From the IMG/VR virus record IMGVR_UViG_2630968639_000010: a stretch of DNA of 18,265 nt; one strand, written 5' to 3'. This document shows positions 1 through 8,007 of the stretch, piece after piece. The notes beneath the pieces are model-generated. The model did no database searches, was not told the origin of the DNA, and saw only the letters and a list, made by a program, of their open reading frames with translations. Source of the DNA: a virus. Its lineage: Duplodnaviria; Heunggongvirae; Uroviricota; Caudoviricetes. Position numbers and translations under genes: made by a program. Position 1 is the first letter of the stretch; each line of letters opens with the position of its first letter.

Positions 1-156
1 TTACTCCTCAGGTTCGTAAACTGTGAAGACAGCGATCTCCGTCTGACCGGTTCGGATTCGCACCTCGCAGAGGTCTTTCCACGTTACCAGTACCGTCACT
101 ATGACGGTTAAACAGATGACGATTAGAGCGAGTAACATCGCCTTTTGCTGCTTCAT
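1..156 (-). CDS. hok: Hok/Gef-family type I toxin (small membrane peptide), 51 aa
   Basis: Translation MKQQKAMLLALIVICLTVIVTVLVTWKDLCEVRIRTGQTEIAVFTVYEPEE closely matches Hok/RelF-type toxins as I remember them. ATG at 156-154, stop at 3-1. The in-frame upstream extension in the ORF track (to 183) is not used. Confidence 0.85.
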   Translation of the reverse strand: MKQQKAMLLALIVICLTVIVTVLVTWKDLCEVRIRTGQTEIAVFTVYEPEE

Positions 157-212
157 AGCCCGCTTCTCCTTGCCTTTCGGCACGTAAGAGGTAACCTATA
201 GGTGCAAGTCAT
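153..212 (-). CDS. mok-like leader ORF (19 codons) coupled to hok
   Basis: Minus-strand ATG at 212-210 preceded by GAGGA. The ORF runs in a different frame from hok and ends in TGA overlapping the hok ATG (ATGA overlap at 156-153), the arrangement known for hok/mok/sok loci. Confidence 0.4.
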   Translation of the reverse strand: MTCTYRLPLTCRKARRSGL

Positions 213-493
213 AGATATATCCTCAGATTAATGTTAAGCGTCTTGCAGGACGCGTAATGTTAACTGGGACTTTTCTCTATCGGCCTTTGGTGGCATGCCC
301 GAGGCAGATAGCCTCAAGCACCCGTAGTCATTCGACCCGTTTTAGATTTCTCAGCCAACTTTATGCTCACAACATATACAAATTTCCCGGTTAAAGCTCA
401 TCATGTTAGATAGTTTTTGCGTACGCACTATTTTTTTGTGTAAACTGCGCAAAGAAGTTTAGCACCCTAAATTGTTAAGGAAAAATTAAGGAA
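213..493. promoter_or_regulatory. hok mRNA leader region (expected Sok antisense RNA target) plus divergent promoter region for the plus-strand operon
   Basis: Noncoding gap between hok/mok and the operon start. The minus-strand sequence resembles hok leader fold-back regions from memory. A possible plus-strand promoter is TTGCGT (417-422) with TAAACT (441-446). Sok boundaries were not determined. Confidence 0.35.
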
Positions 494-1591
494 GTGTTAA
501 TGCTTGAGCAAACAGTAAAAAACATCAATTCACGCTTTGGCTGGCGCAACACCCGTAAGCTTCTTGGTTCATCACTGGGTGTAACGGCCCAAGGATTACC
601 CCTTTTTATTGAACGTGTAAATAGTGTAGTTCAGCATAATCCCGACCTAAAAGATAGAATCGACGATTTCTGGAAAGGTTTAATTTTTAGCGGGAATCGA
701 TTACTTTCTATTTATAGAATCACCGATGAAGACGTAGCAAAATTACAAACAATTTTCACAAATCAGAAAAAGGACAATAGCCCCTTCTCAGAAAAATACC
801 CAACTCCTTTATCCAGAGAGGAGCTGTTAGTTGCTGATACTGAGCTGCATTTTGCTGAACTACGTCAAGATATCATTCGTGATAAACAAATTGACACTGC
901 TGTTTTTTTATCCAAAGCGTATTACACTGAAGTGATAGAGCTTGACCCAACACATCTTAGCGATGCGGGTATGGAATTACGTGCTAATGGTGGAGAAATA
1001 AAATGCAAAACACGCCAAGTCACGCAATGCTTTAATACCATCATGCTAATGCCTGCAGAAAAAATATTAATTCTTACGATTGATTTATCTATCCTTCCAA
1101 GAAGTGAATCACAGCCTCAACAATACCTTGTGGCTAAATTTATAAAAAAAGAAGCTGGCGTTATTTTAAACAATCCCCTTGAGTTATTTGGTTCAATACA
1201 AGATCTTTACGAAAAAGTAGATGGCAGAATTTCTCATGTATCTTTTATCACCTCAGATGGCAATACAAGTTCTTTAAAACTCAAACCAAGTCAAAAGTGT
1301 TTGCGTCAAGATGTTTACCATCATAGTGGAGAGTCCGCAAGCCCAATATTGACAAAGTTTAAGTTGGGAAAAATTTGGGATTTACCACAAAGTTCTTCAC
1401 ATATTTTATCAGTAGAGTTAATATTACCAGGGAAAAGGACAATGCTTGATAATCCTAGAATTAGGTTGCATGAAGCAATTGCGAAGAACTGTAACAACAT
1501 TGATTCGATTATATTTATTGTTGAAAAAATATTGGATTCTGTTAAGTCCTGTGAAGAGAAAAGAAGAGCGAGATCATCAGGCCATAAATGA
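494..1591 (+). CDS. Hypothetical protein, 365 aa; first gene of the AT-rich three-gene operon; no recognisable motif
   Basis: Long ORF with AGGAAG Shine-Dalgarno 6 nt before the ATG at 494. Its stop overlaps the next start (ATGA at 1588-1591). No Walker A, HTH or nuclease signature seen. Confidence 0.7.
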   Translation: MLMLEQTVKNINSRFGWRNTRKLLGSSLGVTAQGLPLFIERVNSVVQHNPDLKDRIDDFWKGLIFSGNRLLSIYRITDEDVAKLQTIFTNQKKDNSPFSEKYPTPLSREELLVADTELHFAELRQDIIRDKQIDTAVFLSKAYYTEVIELDPTHLSDAGMELRANGGEIKCKTRQVTQCFNTIMLMPAEKILILTIDLSILPRSESQPQQYLVAKFIKKEAGVILNNPLELFGSIQDLYEKVDGRISHVSFITSDGNTSSLKLKPSQKCLRQDVYHHSGESASPILTKFKLGKIWDLPQSSSHILSVELILPGKRTMLDNPRIRLHEAIAKNCNNIDSIIFIVEKILDSVKSCEEKRRARSSGHK

Positions 1592-2016
1592 AAAAGAGTA
1601 TATATCACGACATTATCACGCAAATAGAGCAGGATTTTAATGATCCTGTTCGCAGTGTGTGTCGTGATCTTTTTCTTTTTCTGGTTAGTAAAGATGCTAA
1701 AAATATCAATCACTTTACATACAAAACCCTTATCAATGGTTTGACCTATCTAACTGATACGAAAGATGACTATATCCTGCTAATAAAAGCAACTGATTAT
1801 TTATCTAGCTATAAAGCACACCTATTGGATATGCATTTTCAATACATTGATAATTTAACGGAAGAACCAATACCAGTTGAAGATGATCTTATTTCCTATG
1901 CTTTAGACACAGGAAGTTTTTACCATCCAGAAACTGGCGAATTGGTTGATAATTTTAGCCAGTATCTTTATCCATACTTTACTCCTTCGAGTCTTTTGGA
2001 GAGTCTGCATGAGTGA
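1588..2016 (+). CDS. Hypothetical small acidic protein, 142 aa; second operon gene
   Basis: Start overlaps the stop of the previous gene. The C-terminal half has no Lys/Arg and many Asp/Glu. Confidence 0.65.
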   Translation: MKKSIYHDIITQIEQDFNDPVRSVCRDLFLFLVSKDAKNINHFTYKTLINGLTYLTDTKDDYILLIKATDYLSSYKAHLLDMHFQYIDNLTEEPIPVEDDLISYALDTGSFYHPETGELVDNFSQYLYPYFTPSSLLESLHE

Positions 2017-2650
2017 TGTAAACATCTGTACTGCAGACCTTCAATCATTAATTAGAATGGATCCTGAATTTAGGGGAATGGTTCAAAGAAAATTAGCTGC
2101 AGACAAAAATATTTTTGTAAAGCAACTCTATGAAGATTTAGACGACGCTATTCAGAATTTAGAAAATGACAAACACTTCTATCAAGATGCTAAGTGGGGA
2201 GAGGACGAGCTAACAGCGTCGATCAAAAATTTCCTGAAAGGTAGGTTTTATGATGTTGAACATGATACTCAACATGGCGGTCACGTTGATTTATTAGTCA
2301 AACATCAATTCGGAAAATTCGAATGGATCGGTGAAGCAAAATTATGGAGAGGCCCAAAATCTATTCATAATGGCTGGATTCAGCTAACCGAACGTTACGG
2401 CACGGGTACGTCACGTGACGATCATGGAGGAATTCTAATTTATATAAAGTCTGACAAATCAGCAGTAAAATTCAATGAATGGAAAGAATTTTTCTCTACG
2501 ACCGTTTCGGACGCAGAAATTGAAGCGGAAGGCTCTCCCCTCCGCTTTAAGAGTATCACAAAGCATCCAGCAACAGCACTTCCATATCATGTAAGACACA
2601 TGGGAGTATCCTTATACCATTACACTGGTAAAAAACCCGCTGACTCTTAA
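2009..2650 (+). CDS. Hypothetical protein, 213 aa, with a PD-(D/E)xK-like nuclease motif; third operon gene
   Basis: ATG at 2009 preceded by GGAGAG; overlaps the previous stop (ATGAGTGA). Motif GHVDLLV followed 15 residues later by FEWIGEAKL, with an upstream acidic helix (WGEDELTASIKNFL). The track start at 1946 is rejected as an unsupported hydrophobic extension. Confidence 0.7.
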   Translation: MSDVNICTADLQSLIRMDPEFRGMVQRKLAADKNIFVKQLYEDLDDAIQNLENDKHFYQDAKWGEDELTASIKNFLKGRFYDVEHDTQHGGHVDLLVKHQFGKFEWIGEAKLWRGPKSIHNGWIQLTERYGTGTSRDDHGGILIYIKSDKSAVKFNEWKEFFSTTVSDAEIEAEGSPLRFKSITKHPATALPYHVRHMGVSLYHYTGKKPADS

Positions 2651-3168
2651 CTGGTAATTGCTATATATCCAGTCAAAAAACCTAAGGCTTTTTGCAATCT
2701 TTTACGAATTGTTCCATCTGAACATCCTTGTTGTTTTGCAATAGCACGAAGAGATAAACCAATCACGAAATGAGCAACAATTAACTCATATTCTTGTTGC
2801 TTATATCTTTCTAACCTAAGGATACTAATGTCAATAACTCGCCCTTCATCATTGCTGCACTGACGACGTGATTTTTTACCATGAGGAACAACATTTTTAT
2901 ATTTATCAGCTATTTCCTGCCAATCAATAGAACTATTTCCAGCTACAGCCCAGGCTCCCCAACTGTCCAAAGTATCATATATATTAGCATTGCTATCTAC
3001 CTGTTTTTTATATTCTTCTTTGAAGCGCGCAAGAAGCATTCTAGCCATCGTTATTATTTCTATACTTGTAACTGATTCATAAGCATCAGGAGAAATAATT
3101 CTCCCATCACTTAATGCCCTATCACTAAGATTTGCTATTTCCAATAATCGTTCTTTAGTTATTTCCAT
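2647..3168 (-). CDS. Q-like late-gene antitermination protein
   Basis: Motifs WGAWA and KRLQKALGF resemble lambdoid Q-family antiterminators as I remember them. ATG at 3168 preceded by GGTGGAG; the track's GTG start at 3180 is less likely. Its stop overlaps the stop of the gene at 2009-2650. Confidence 0.7.
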   Translation of the reverse strand: MEITKERLLEIANLSDRALSDGRIISPDAYESVTSIEIITMARMLLARFKEEYKKQVDSNANIYDTLDSWGAWAVAGNSSIDWQEIADKYKNVVPHGKKSRRQCSNDEGRVIDISILRLERYKQQEYELIVAHFVIGLSLRAIAKQQGCSDGTIRKRLQKALGFLTGYIAITS

Positions 3169-3328
3169 TATTATCTCCACCGCCCTTTCGGGCGGCCTCC
3201 TGCTGTTCTGAGGGTGCAGAAATCCCTCAGGTTAAGGACTCTATTTTATTCACAGTGCTGAATTTAATTATTCAGATTTGGATTATGCTTTCTCTTTCAC
3301 TTCACGAAGTTCCGATTATTAATTTGGC

Positions 3329-3751
3329 TCAAAACAGCACCTCCTGAAAGTTTCCCCGATAAAACGCCAGTACACGCTGCATAACTTCGCTTTTCCGGCA
3401 CTCACGGCAAATTATGTTCTGACGCCTATCGTAGCGGCGTATTTCTCCGTCTGGTAATGACCTGATAAGGTCCGGATCAACCACAGCCGTTTTCTTCACC
3501 TTTGCCCTTGAGAGTTTTTTGCGGGCGTTTTGCCAGTCCTTACGAGCCTGTTCTGACGGGAATAACCCGTAGCCAGAGTTGTATACTTCACCACTCGAAA
3601 CCAGCTCTTTGGCGAGAATACTTATCAGATATCTGGTTGCCCCCATTTTAGCTTCCAGTTGTCGTAACGTCTCGCGCCCGCTCTGGCGTACGAGATCAAC
3701 AATCTGCCCTTTAATTTTTTCTCGCTCTTCCTGTGTAAATACTTTTGCCAT
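3329..3751 (-). CDS. Hypothetical nin-region-like phage protein, 140 aa
   Basis: ATG at 3751 preceded by GGGGAGGG; the track ORF start at 3817 would overlap the upstream gene. Contains CRECRKSE near the C-terminus. No family recognised. Confidence 0.55.
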   Translation of the reverse strand: MAKVFTQEEREKIKGQIVDLVRQSGRETLRQLEAKMGATRYLISILAKELVSSGEVYNSGYGLFPSEQARKDWQNARKKLSRAKVKKTAVVDPDLIRSLPDGEIRRYDRRQNIICRECRKSEVMQRVLAFYRGNFQEVLF

Positions 3752-3767
3752 AAGCCCTCCCCAGGAA

Positions 3768-4529
3768 TCACTTTTCCGACACAATACGACTGGAGGAATC
3801 GACAATCTGTCGGACAATATCCCGGTGCTTGTTCAGCTCCCGCAGCGCGGCGCAAACTCGCTCCCACTTCTGGGCATGACTTTTCGCCCGGCGCAGTTCG
3901 CGGTTTGCCATATGCAGCGATGGTAAAATCAGGCCATTCGCTCGCGTTCCGGTGAACGATGGTAGCGACTGCACAATGTCCGCCATAGTTTCTGTTTTAA
4001 TATCTTCCTGTGTTGCCGCTTCCTGTACTGGTAACGCAACACCGGCTGGCTGAGGAAAGGCTTTACCAGGTGTTTTCGCTACCGATACAACTTTCGGCTC
4101 TGCTGGTAAATTACCGTCCGGCAGGCAGTAACGAAATTTACCGTTCTGATTTACGCGAATCAGGCGTCCTTTGCTGATTGCCATAGCCAGCGTTGAAGCC
4201 ACTTTGCGTGATGTGGTACCGAACAATGTAGCCAGTTCATCCGCCGTTTGTGGGCCACGTTGTTCAATCGTCGCAGTTAAATCGCTCTCCGAAATTTTCG
4301 CGACTGTTGCCGTGGTGGTTTCTTCCGGCTGTTCTGTCGGTGCGGTCTGTTCCTGCTGAACGTTGTTATCAGCCACACGCCAGGTGTATACGCTTTTATC
4401 AACGAAGCCAGCCTTTTTCAGTTCCCACAGCTCGTTCAGCACTTCTTCACGACTGATATCAAGTCGCGTAGCCAGTTCTACCGACGTGGCTTTTCCCATC
4501 GCTTTCAGTGCATCAAAAACAGTCTCCAT
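3768..4529 (-). CDS. Phage protein with two putative winged-helix segments and an acidic linker
   Basis: ATG at 4529 preceded by GGGAGGAAA; the track start at 4580 lacks a ribosome-binding site and would overlap the DnaC-like gene. Confidence 0.6.
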   Translation of the reverse strand: METVFDALKAMGKATSVELATRLDISREEVLNELWELKKAGFVDKSVYTWRVADNNVQQEQTAPTEQPEETTTATVAKISESDLTATIEQRGPQTADELATLFGTTSRKVASTLAMAISKGRLIRVNQNGKFRYCLPDGNLPAEPKVVSVAKTPGKAFPQPAGVALPVQEAATQEDIKTETMADIVQSLPSFTGTRANGLILPSLHMANRELRRAKSHAQKWERVCAALRELNKHRDIVRQIVDSSSRIVSEK

Positions 4530-4551
4530 TAAAATTTCCTCCCGGTAAAAA

Positions 4552-5298
4552 TCACTTCGCAATTCCTGGCTGGACGACATTCGGACGCCAGCTCTCCCAG
4601 TTAAAATTCACCCATCGCCCGCCGTTCATGGTCATGCGATCCATAATCCTCTCGCCGAGCAATGTTTTCATGGCCTCATAGTTCAGGTTTGTCAGCATCC
4701 CCACGCTGCGCATCGACGCTGTCCGGCGATCAACAATCTGGTGCAGCACCACCTGCTCGTTTTTTGTCTCGCGCTGAATGCCAATTTCATCAAGAACCAG
4801 CAGCCCCACTTCGCACAGTTCCCGCAAAAATTTTTCACCTGATTGCCCGTCGTCATAGCTGGCGTGTAGAGCACTCATGACATCAGCCACGGTAACCACA
4901 ATCACTGTCTGGCCATCTTTCAGCAGGCGATTCCCGATAGCCGCCGCCAGATGGTTTTTTCCGGTACCAGGTTTTCCGCTGAACGCAAAATTTGTACACC
5001 CGGTCATCAGTTCATCAGCGATAGATTGCGCCTGGCTCAACGCGTATCGCTGACCGTCGTTCTGCACCTGGTAATTCGCAAACGAGCATGTACGGTGCAA
5101 CGGCTGGATGCCTGAGCGATTCAGAATTTTTTCCACCCGCAACTGGCGATTCAGGCGGTTGATCTCCTCGCTACGTTTCTGGCCTTCAGCAAGTTGCCAC
5201 TCTCGCCACTCTGCTACCGTTCTGAATGGGGCGGTTACATGTGGCGGGACCAGTCTGCGGATACGTTCAAGAACGCCGCCTGTCGCAATATTTTTCAT
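4552..5298 (-). CDS. ydaV: DnaC-like helicase-loader ATPase (replication protein)
   Basis: Walker [16 protein letters not shown] and Walker B LLVLDEIG in an IstB/DnaC-like arrangement. Sits immediately downstream of the O-like gene, separated by 2 nt. Confidence 0.85.
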   Translation of the reverse strand: MKNIATGGVLERIRRLVPPHVTAPFRTVAEWREWQLAEGQKRSEEINRLNRQLRVEKILNRSGIQPLHRTCSFANYQVQNDGQRYALSQAQSIADELMTGCTNFAFSGKPGTGKNHLAAAIGNRLLKDGQTVIVVTVADVMSALHASYDDGQSGEKFLRELCEVGLLVLDEIGIQRETKNEQVVLHQIVDRRTASMRSVGMLTNLNYEAMKTLLGERIMDRMTMNGGRWVNFNWESWRPNVVQPGIAK

Positions 5299-5304
5299 GG
5301 TCAG

Positions 5305-6429
5305 TTACCCCCTGAAGCCTGGCGGGATCGCACTATCCGGTAACGAGACTGTGTTAACCTGTCGGAGTAACGTCTCAGGTCGAACACCTTTCGGCGCGAA
5401 CAAGCCCTGGTATTCATTGGCGATGCTGTGTCGAATCACCTGCTCAGGTGAAAAACCCTGCTGGCGGAATTTTTCCAGCTCCCGTATCGCCCCGTTAGCG
5501 CCCTGCTCCGTTCGAATCGGTTTTCGCAATGCCCGCCTGAACTGGACCCACTCATGCCAGAGTGTTTCCGGCAACCAATCGGGCAGAGCAACTGACAACG
5601 GGTCGAATTTTTTCTGGCGAACCGCCCCACCGATAACCAGAATTCCCTGCTCGGTGTGCCTTGCGATATCACTGCGCCGCAAGACACATATCCCGGTTTC
5701 AACAGCACCGATTTTGAGCAGTGATTTTTGTCGTGGAGAATTTCGGTCAAGTTCGATCCCACACCGGACACCGTTCCTGTCAGTCACGACGATATCAATC
5801 CGCTCTCCGCAGCCGTCTCCACGCTCTGGTACCGGATACTCACGACAGACATCCAGGCCAGCAGCCTGCAACGCCGCCACCGCAGAATTACAAAATTCTG
5901 CTGCAGTACCGCCAGACAATCTCCCCTCAAGCACTCCAGCCACAAAATCCCGAAACTCCCTTCCGGAAGGGAAGGGTTTGGGATGGGTTAGATCAGTATT
6001 TATATCTTCCTCTTCCTCTGGTAACGCTTTTTGATCCGTTTGTGTAACGCTGCCAGCGTTACCTTTTCGTTTCAGTTCGCGTATTTTTGTTACTCGCTCG
6101 TTTGTAACCGCCCGTTTTTTAGAGCTTTTCCCGTTATGGCGCTCAAAGTTAGGAAGCGACAACACACCATTAGTTTCGACCAACCATCCAACCTGAATTA
6201 ACGCATCAGCAAAACCAGCCATAAAAGTGATGCGATCTATTGCGCTTTTTGTAACGCCGCGAGCGTTACACTCCGCGTTACCGTCTATCATTTGTTGATC
6301 CGCCCATACCCAGAAGCGAATGACTTTCCCTAATGCGGCATCTGGATCAATATTCAGAATCTCAGCAAGCCTGAATATTTCCGGCTTATCCGGCGTAATC
6401 ACTTCGAGCTTTATCCAGTTTGAAGCCAT
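5305..6429 (-). CDS. Phage replication initiation protein (O-like, YdaU-like)
   Basis: 374-aa ORF directly upstream of the DnaC-like loader, with AGGTGA ribosome-binding site. The position is that of the initiator in lambdoid replication modules. Confidence 0.7.
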   Translation of the reverse strand: MASNWIKLEVITPDKPEIFRLAEILNIDPDAALGKVIRFWVWADQQMIDGNAECNARGVTKSAIDRITFMAGFADALIQVGWLVETNGVLSLPNFERHNGKSSKKRAVTNERVTKIRELKRKGNAGSVTQTDQKALPEEEEDINTDLTHPKPFPSGREFRDFVAGVLEGRLSGGTAAEFCNSAVAALQAAGLDVCREYPVPERGDGCGERIDIVVTDRNGVRCGIELDRNSPRQKSLLKIGAVETGICVLRRSDIARHTEQGILVIGGAVRQKKFDPLSVALPDWLPETLWHEWVQFRRALRKPIRTEQGANGAIRELEKFRQQGFSPEQVIRHSIANEYQGLFAPKGVRPETLLRQVNTVSLPDSAIPPGFRG

Positions 6430-6506
6430 TTGTTTTCACCTTGTAACGCTCGCAGCGTTACATTTAACTGATACCGAACAAAACAGTCCGGCACGATTAA
6501 TTTCAA

Positions 6507-6929
6507 TCAATGCACTACGACAGAATCGCCGGGCGACCCACCGCCGCTGAAATGTGCTTTCCGGTAAACTGCCTGGACTGCATCATCATGCGCATCAATT
6601 GCCGTACTCAACGCTTCCTGCGCCGCCAGTAATGCACGGCGTTCCAGGGTATCGAAGATGCAGAGTCGGTGACGCAGCTCGCGCGGAAGAATTGCCAGAA
6701 CCGCAGGGATCAGTTTCTGAATTTTTTCCCTTTGCGCTTTCGTTTCACCTTTCAACCAACGGTGATAGATATTCTGATGATTGTTCCAGTCCTTGCCTGG
6801 TACCAGGGGCAATTCGCCGCCCCCCTGGCGCAGATATTCTTCAGTAATTGCATTGGCTACCCATGCCTGCCCTTTTTCAGCGGCCAGGGCTAACAGCACT
6901 GATTCAATGTGCTCATGCCTGATTTTCAT
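6507..6929 (-). CDS. ydaT: YdaT-like protein (CII-position protein of the RacR/YdaS/YdaT module)
   Basis: 140 aa beginning MKIRHEHI; AGGAG ribosome-binding site. Overlaps the upstream Cro-like gene by 17 nt. Same position as ydaT in Rac. Confidence 0.65.
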   Translation of the reverse strand: MKIRHEHIESVLLALAAEKGQAWVANAITEEYLRQGGGELPLVPGKDWNNHQNIYHRWLKGETKAQREKIQKLIPAVLAILPRELRHRLCIFDTLERRALLAAQEALSTAIDAHDDAVQAVYRKAHFSGGGSPGDSVVVH

Positions 6930-7188
6930 GAATCAACTCCTGTGCATTTTGTGTGTTAGCCTTACATCCAACAGGTAAACCATCGGTCGGATTCGGGTAG
7001 ATATCAGGCCGGAGTTCATGAGGTGTAACCTCGAAATTCGTTACTTCAGCAACACGTAATGCTTTTTCAGGGCTGAATCTTTCATAGCCCCCCAGCACTC
7101 GACTTACATGCACCTGAGATAAACCCGTTAGCTTCCCAAACTGTAGCTGGGTGATATTTTTCTCTTTTAAATAGTCTCTTAAGTTCAT
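6913..7188 (-). CDS. ydaS: Cro/YdaS-like HTH DNA-binding protein
   Basis: N-terminal HTH (ITQLQFGKLTGLSQVHVSRVLGG). Divergent from the repressor gene. ATG at 7188 preferred over the TTG at 7194. Confidence 0.75.
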   Translation of the reverse strand: MNLRDYLKEKNITQLQFGKLTGLSQVHVSRVLGGYERFSPEKALRVAEVTNFEVTPHELRPDIYPNPTDGLPVGCKANTQNAQELIHENQA

Positions 7189-7295
7189 AGCCAACCTTCT
7201 ACGTTATGCCTCGAGTAAATATTAGCCCCACTAATTTTAAAGATCAATAGTCAGACTATCTTTGATAATATTGGTAAAACAAATAAACTCTATGT
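7189..7295. promoter_or_regulatory. Divergent promoter/operator region between the Cro-like gene and racR
   Basis: 107-bp AT-rich gap between divergent HTH genes. Contains the palindrome ATAGTCaGACTAT (7247-7259) and a GATAAT -10-like hexamer (7264-7269). Confidence 0.5.
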
Positions 7296-7757
7296 ATGAA
7301 AAAAACACGTGACGTGATTGCAACTCCAGAAGCGAGCAAGAATTTAAAAGCCGCATGGAATGCAAGAAAAAAAGAGCTGAAGCTGACTCAAGAGCTGGCG
7401 GCTGAGTTGTTGGGATTCGAATCTCAAGGCACCGTTAGTCAGTATCTGAACGGCAAGATACCGGTAAATACCGACGCTGCGCTAAAATTTGCGGCTCTGT
7501 TAAAGGTAAAACCAGAGGACATTCGAGAAGACCTTAAAGACTTAATGAATTATGTAAGATCATCAGATACTTATGATGATAGCTTTTCAGGCAAAGGATG
7601 GAGGCTGGTCAATGAAGAACAGGCAGAGTTACTTAACCTCTTCGAGATTCTACCTGCGTCAGAAAAAGCCAAACTCCTTAACCAGCTACGTGGACTAAAC
7701 AAGCTCTACGAGGAAGCCTTCGAGAACATGCTGGCACTAAAGAAACGCAACCAGTAG
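7296..7757 (+). CDS. racR: RacR-like prophage repressor (XRE-family HTH)
   Basis: HTH LTQELAAELLGFESQGTVSQYLNG; position and divergent arrangement are as in Rac. No clear Shine-Dalgarno before the ATG. Confidence 0.8.
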   Translation: MKKTRDVIATPEASKNLKAAWNARKKELKLTQELAAELLGFESQGTVSQYLNGKIPVNTDAALKFAALLKVKPEDIREDLKDLMNYVRSSDTYDDSFSGKGWRLVNEEQAELLNLFEILPASEKAKLLNQLRGLNKLYEEAFENMLALKKRNQ

Positions 7758-7781
7758 CTACCGCTCACTACCCCATCTACA

Positions 7782-7816
7782 ACAAAAAAAAACCGACGTC
7801 TTAGTCGGTTTTTTTG
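7782..7816. terminator. Bidirectional intrinsic terminator downstream of racR
   Basis: A-run, stem AACCGAC/GTCGGTT with 6-nt loop, then a T-run (TTTTTTT). Confidence 0.8.
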
Positions 7817-7912
7817 TGCCATAACTTCTGCAAATCAGCCGTATAACTAATATTTTTCCCTTGAAAAAACATTTACTTAGTTACTAAATCAAAAACATCA
7901 TACGCCATACTA

Positions 7913-7941
7913 TTGACTTGAAATATCCGTATCACTAATAT
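7913..7941 (+). promoter_or_regulatory. Near-consensus sigma70 promoter
   Basis: TTGACT (7913-7918), 17-bp spacer, TAATAT (7936-7941). Confidence 0.6.
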
Positions 7942-8007
7942 CCCTATCAAGAACAGCACGGCGCTGTAGGTTTTAGTTCCGCCACCCGGCGTTAAGGGGA
8001 TACGAAG

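Noticed and set aside
1-183. N-terminal extension of hok (MPKGKEKRA...) from the ORF track
   Set aside because: Hok-family toxins begin at MKQQ; the upstream region is better explained by the overlapping mok-like ORF.
1321-1713. 130-aa minus-strand ORF (and plus-strand ORF 1446-1640)
   Set aside because: Embedded in or antisense to the first operon gene; low-complexity AT-rich translation; no ribosome-binding site.
1946-2008. Upstream extension of the third operon gene (MIILASIFIHTLLLRVFWRVC)
   Set aside because: No ribosome-binding site, whereas the ATG at 2009 has GGAGAG at correct spacing; the extension would overlap the previous gene by 70 nt.
2550-2646. Search for a Q-dependent late promoter on the minus strand just downstream of Q
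   Set aside because: No convincing -35/-10 pair; the region is the coding 3' end of the third operon gene.
3579-3926. Plus-strand 115-aa ORF and minus-strand 80-aa ORF at 3625-3867
   Set aside because: Antisense to or out of frame with the two better-supported minus-strand genes here; no ribosome-binding site.
5108-6034. 308-aa plus-strand ORF
   Set aside because: Entirely antisense to the well-supported DnaC-like and O-like genes; Arg/Ser/Pro-rich composition typical of an unselected antisense frame; no ribosome-binding site.
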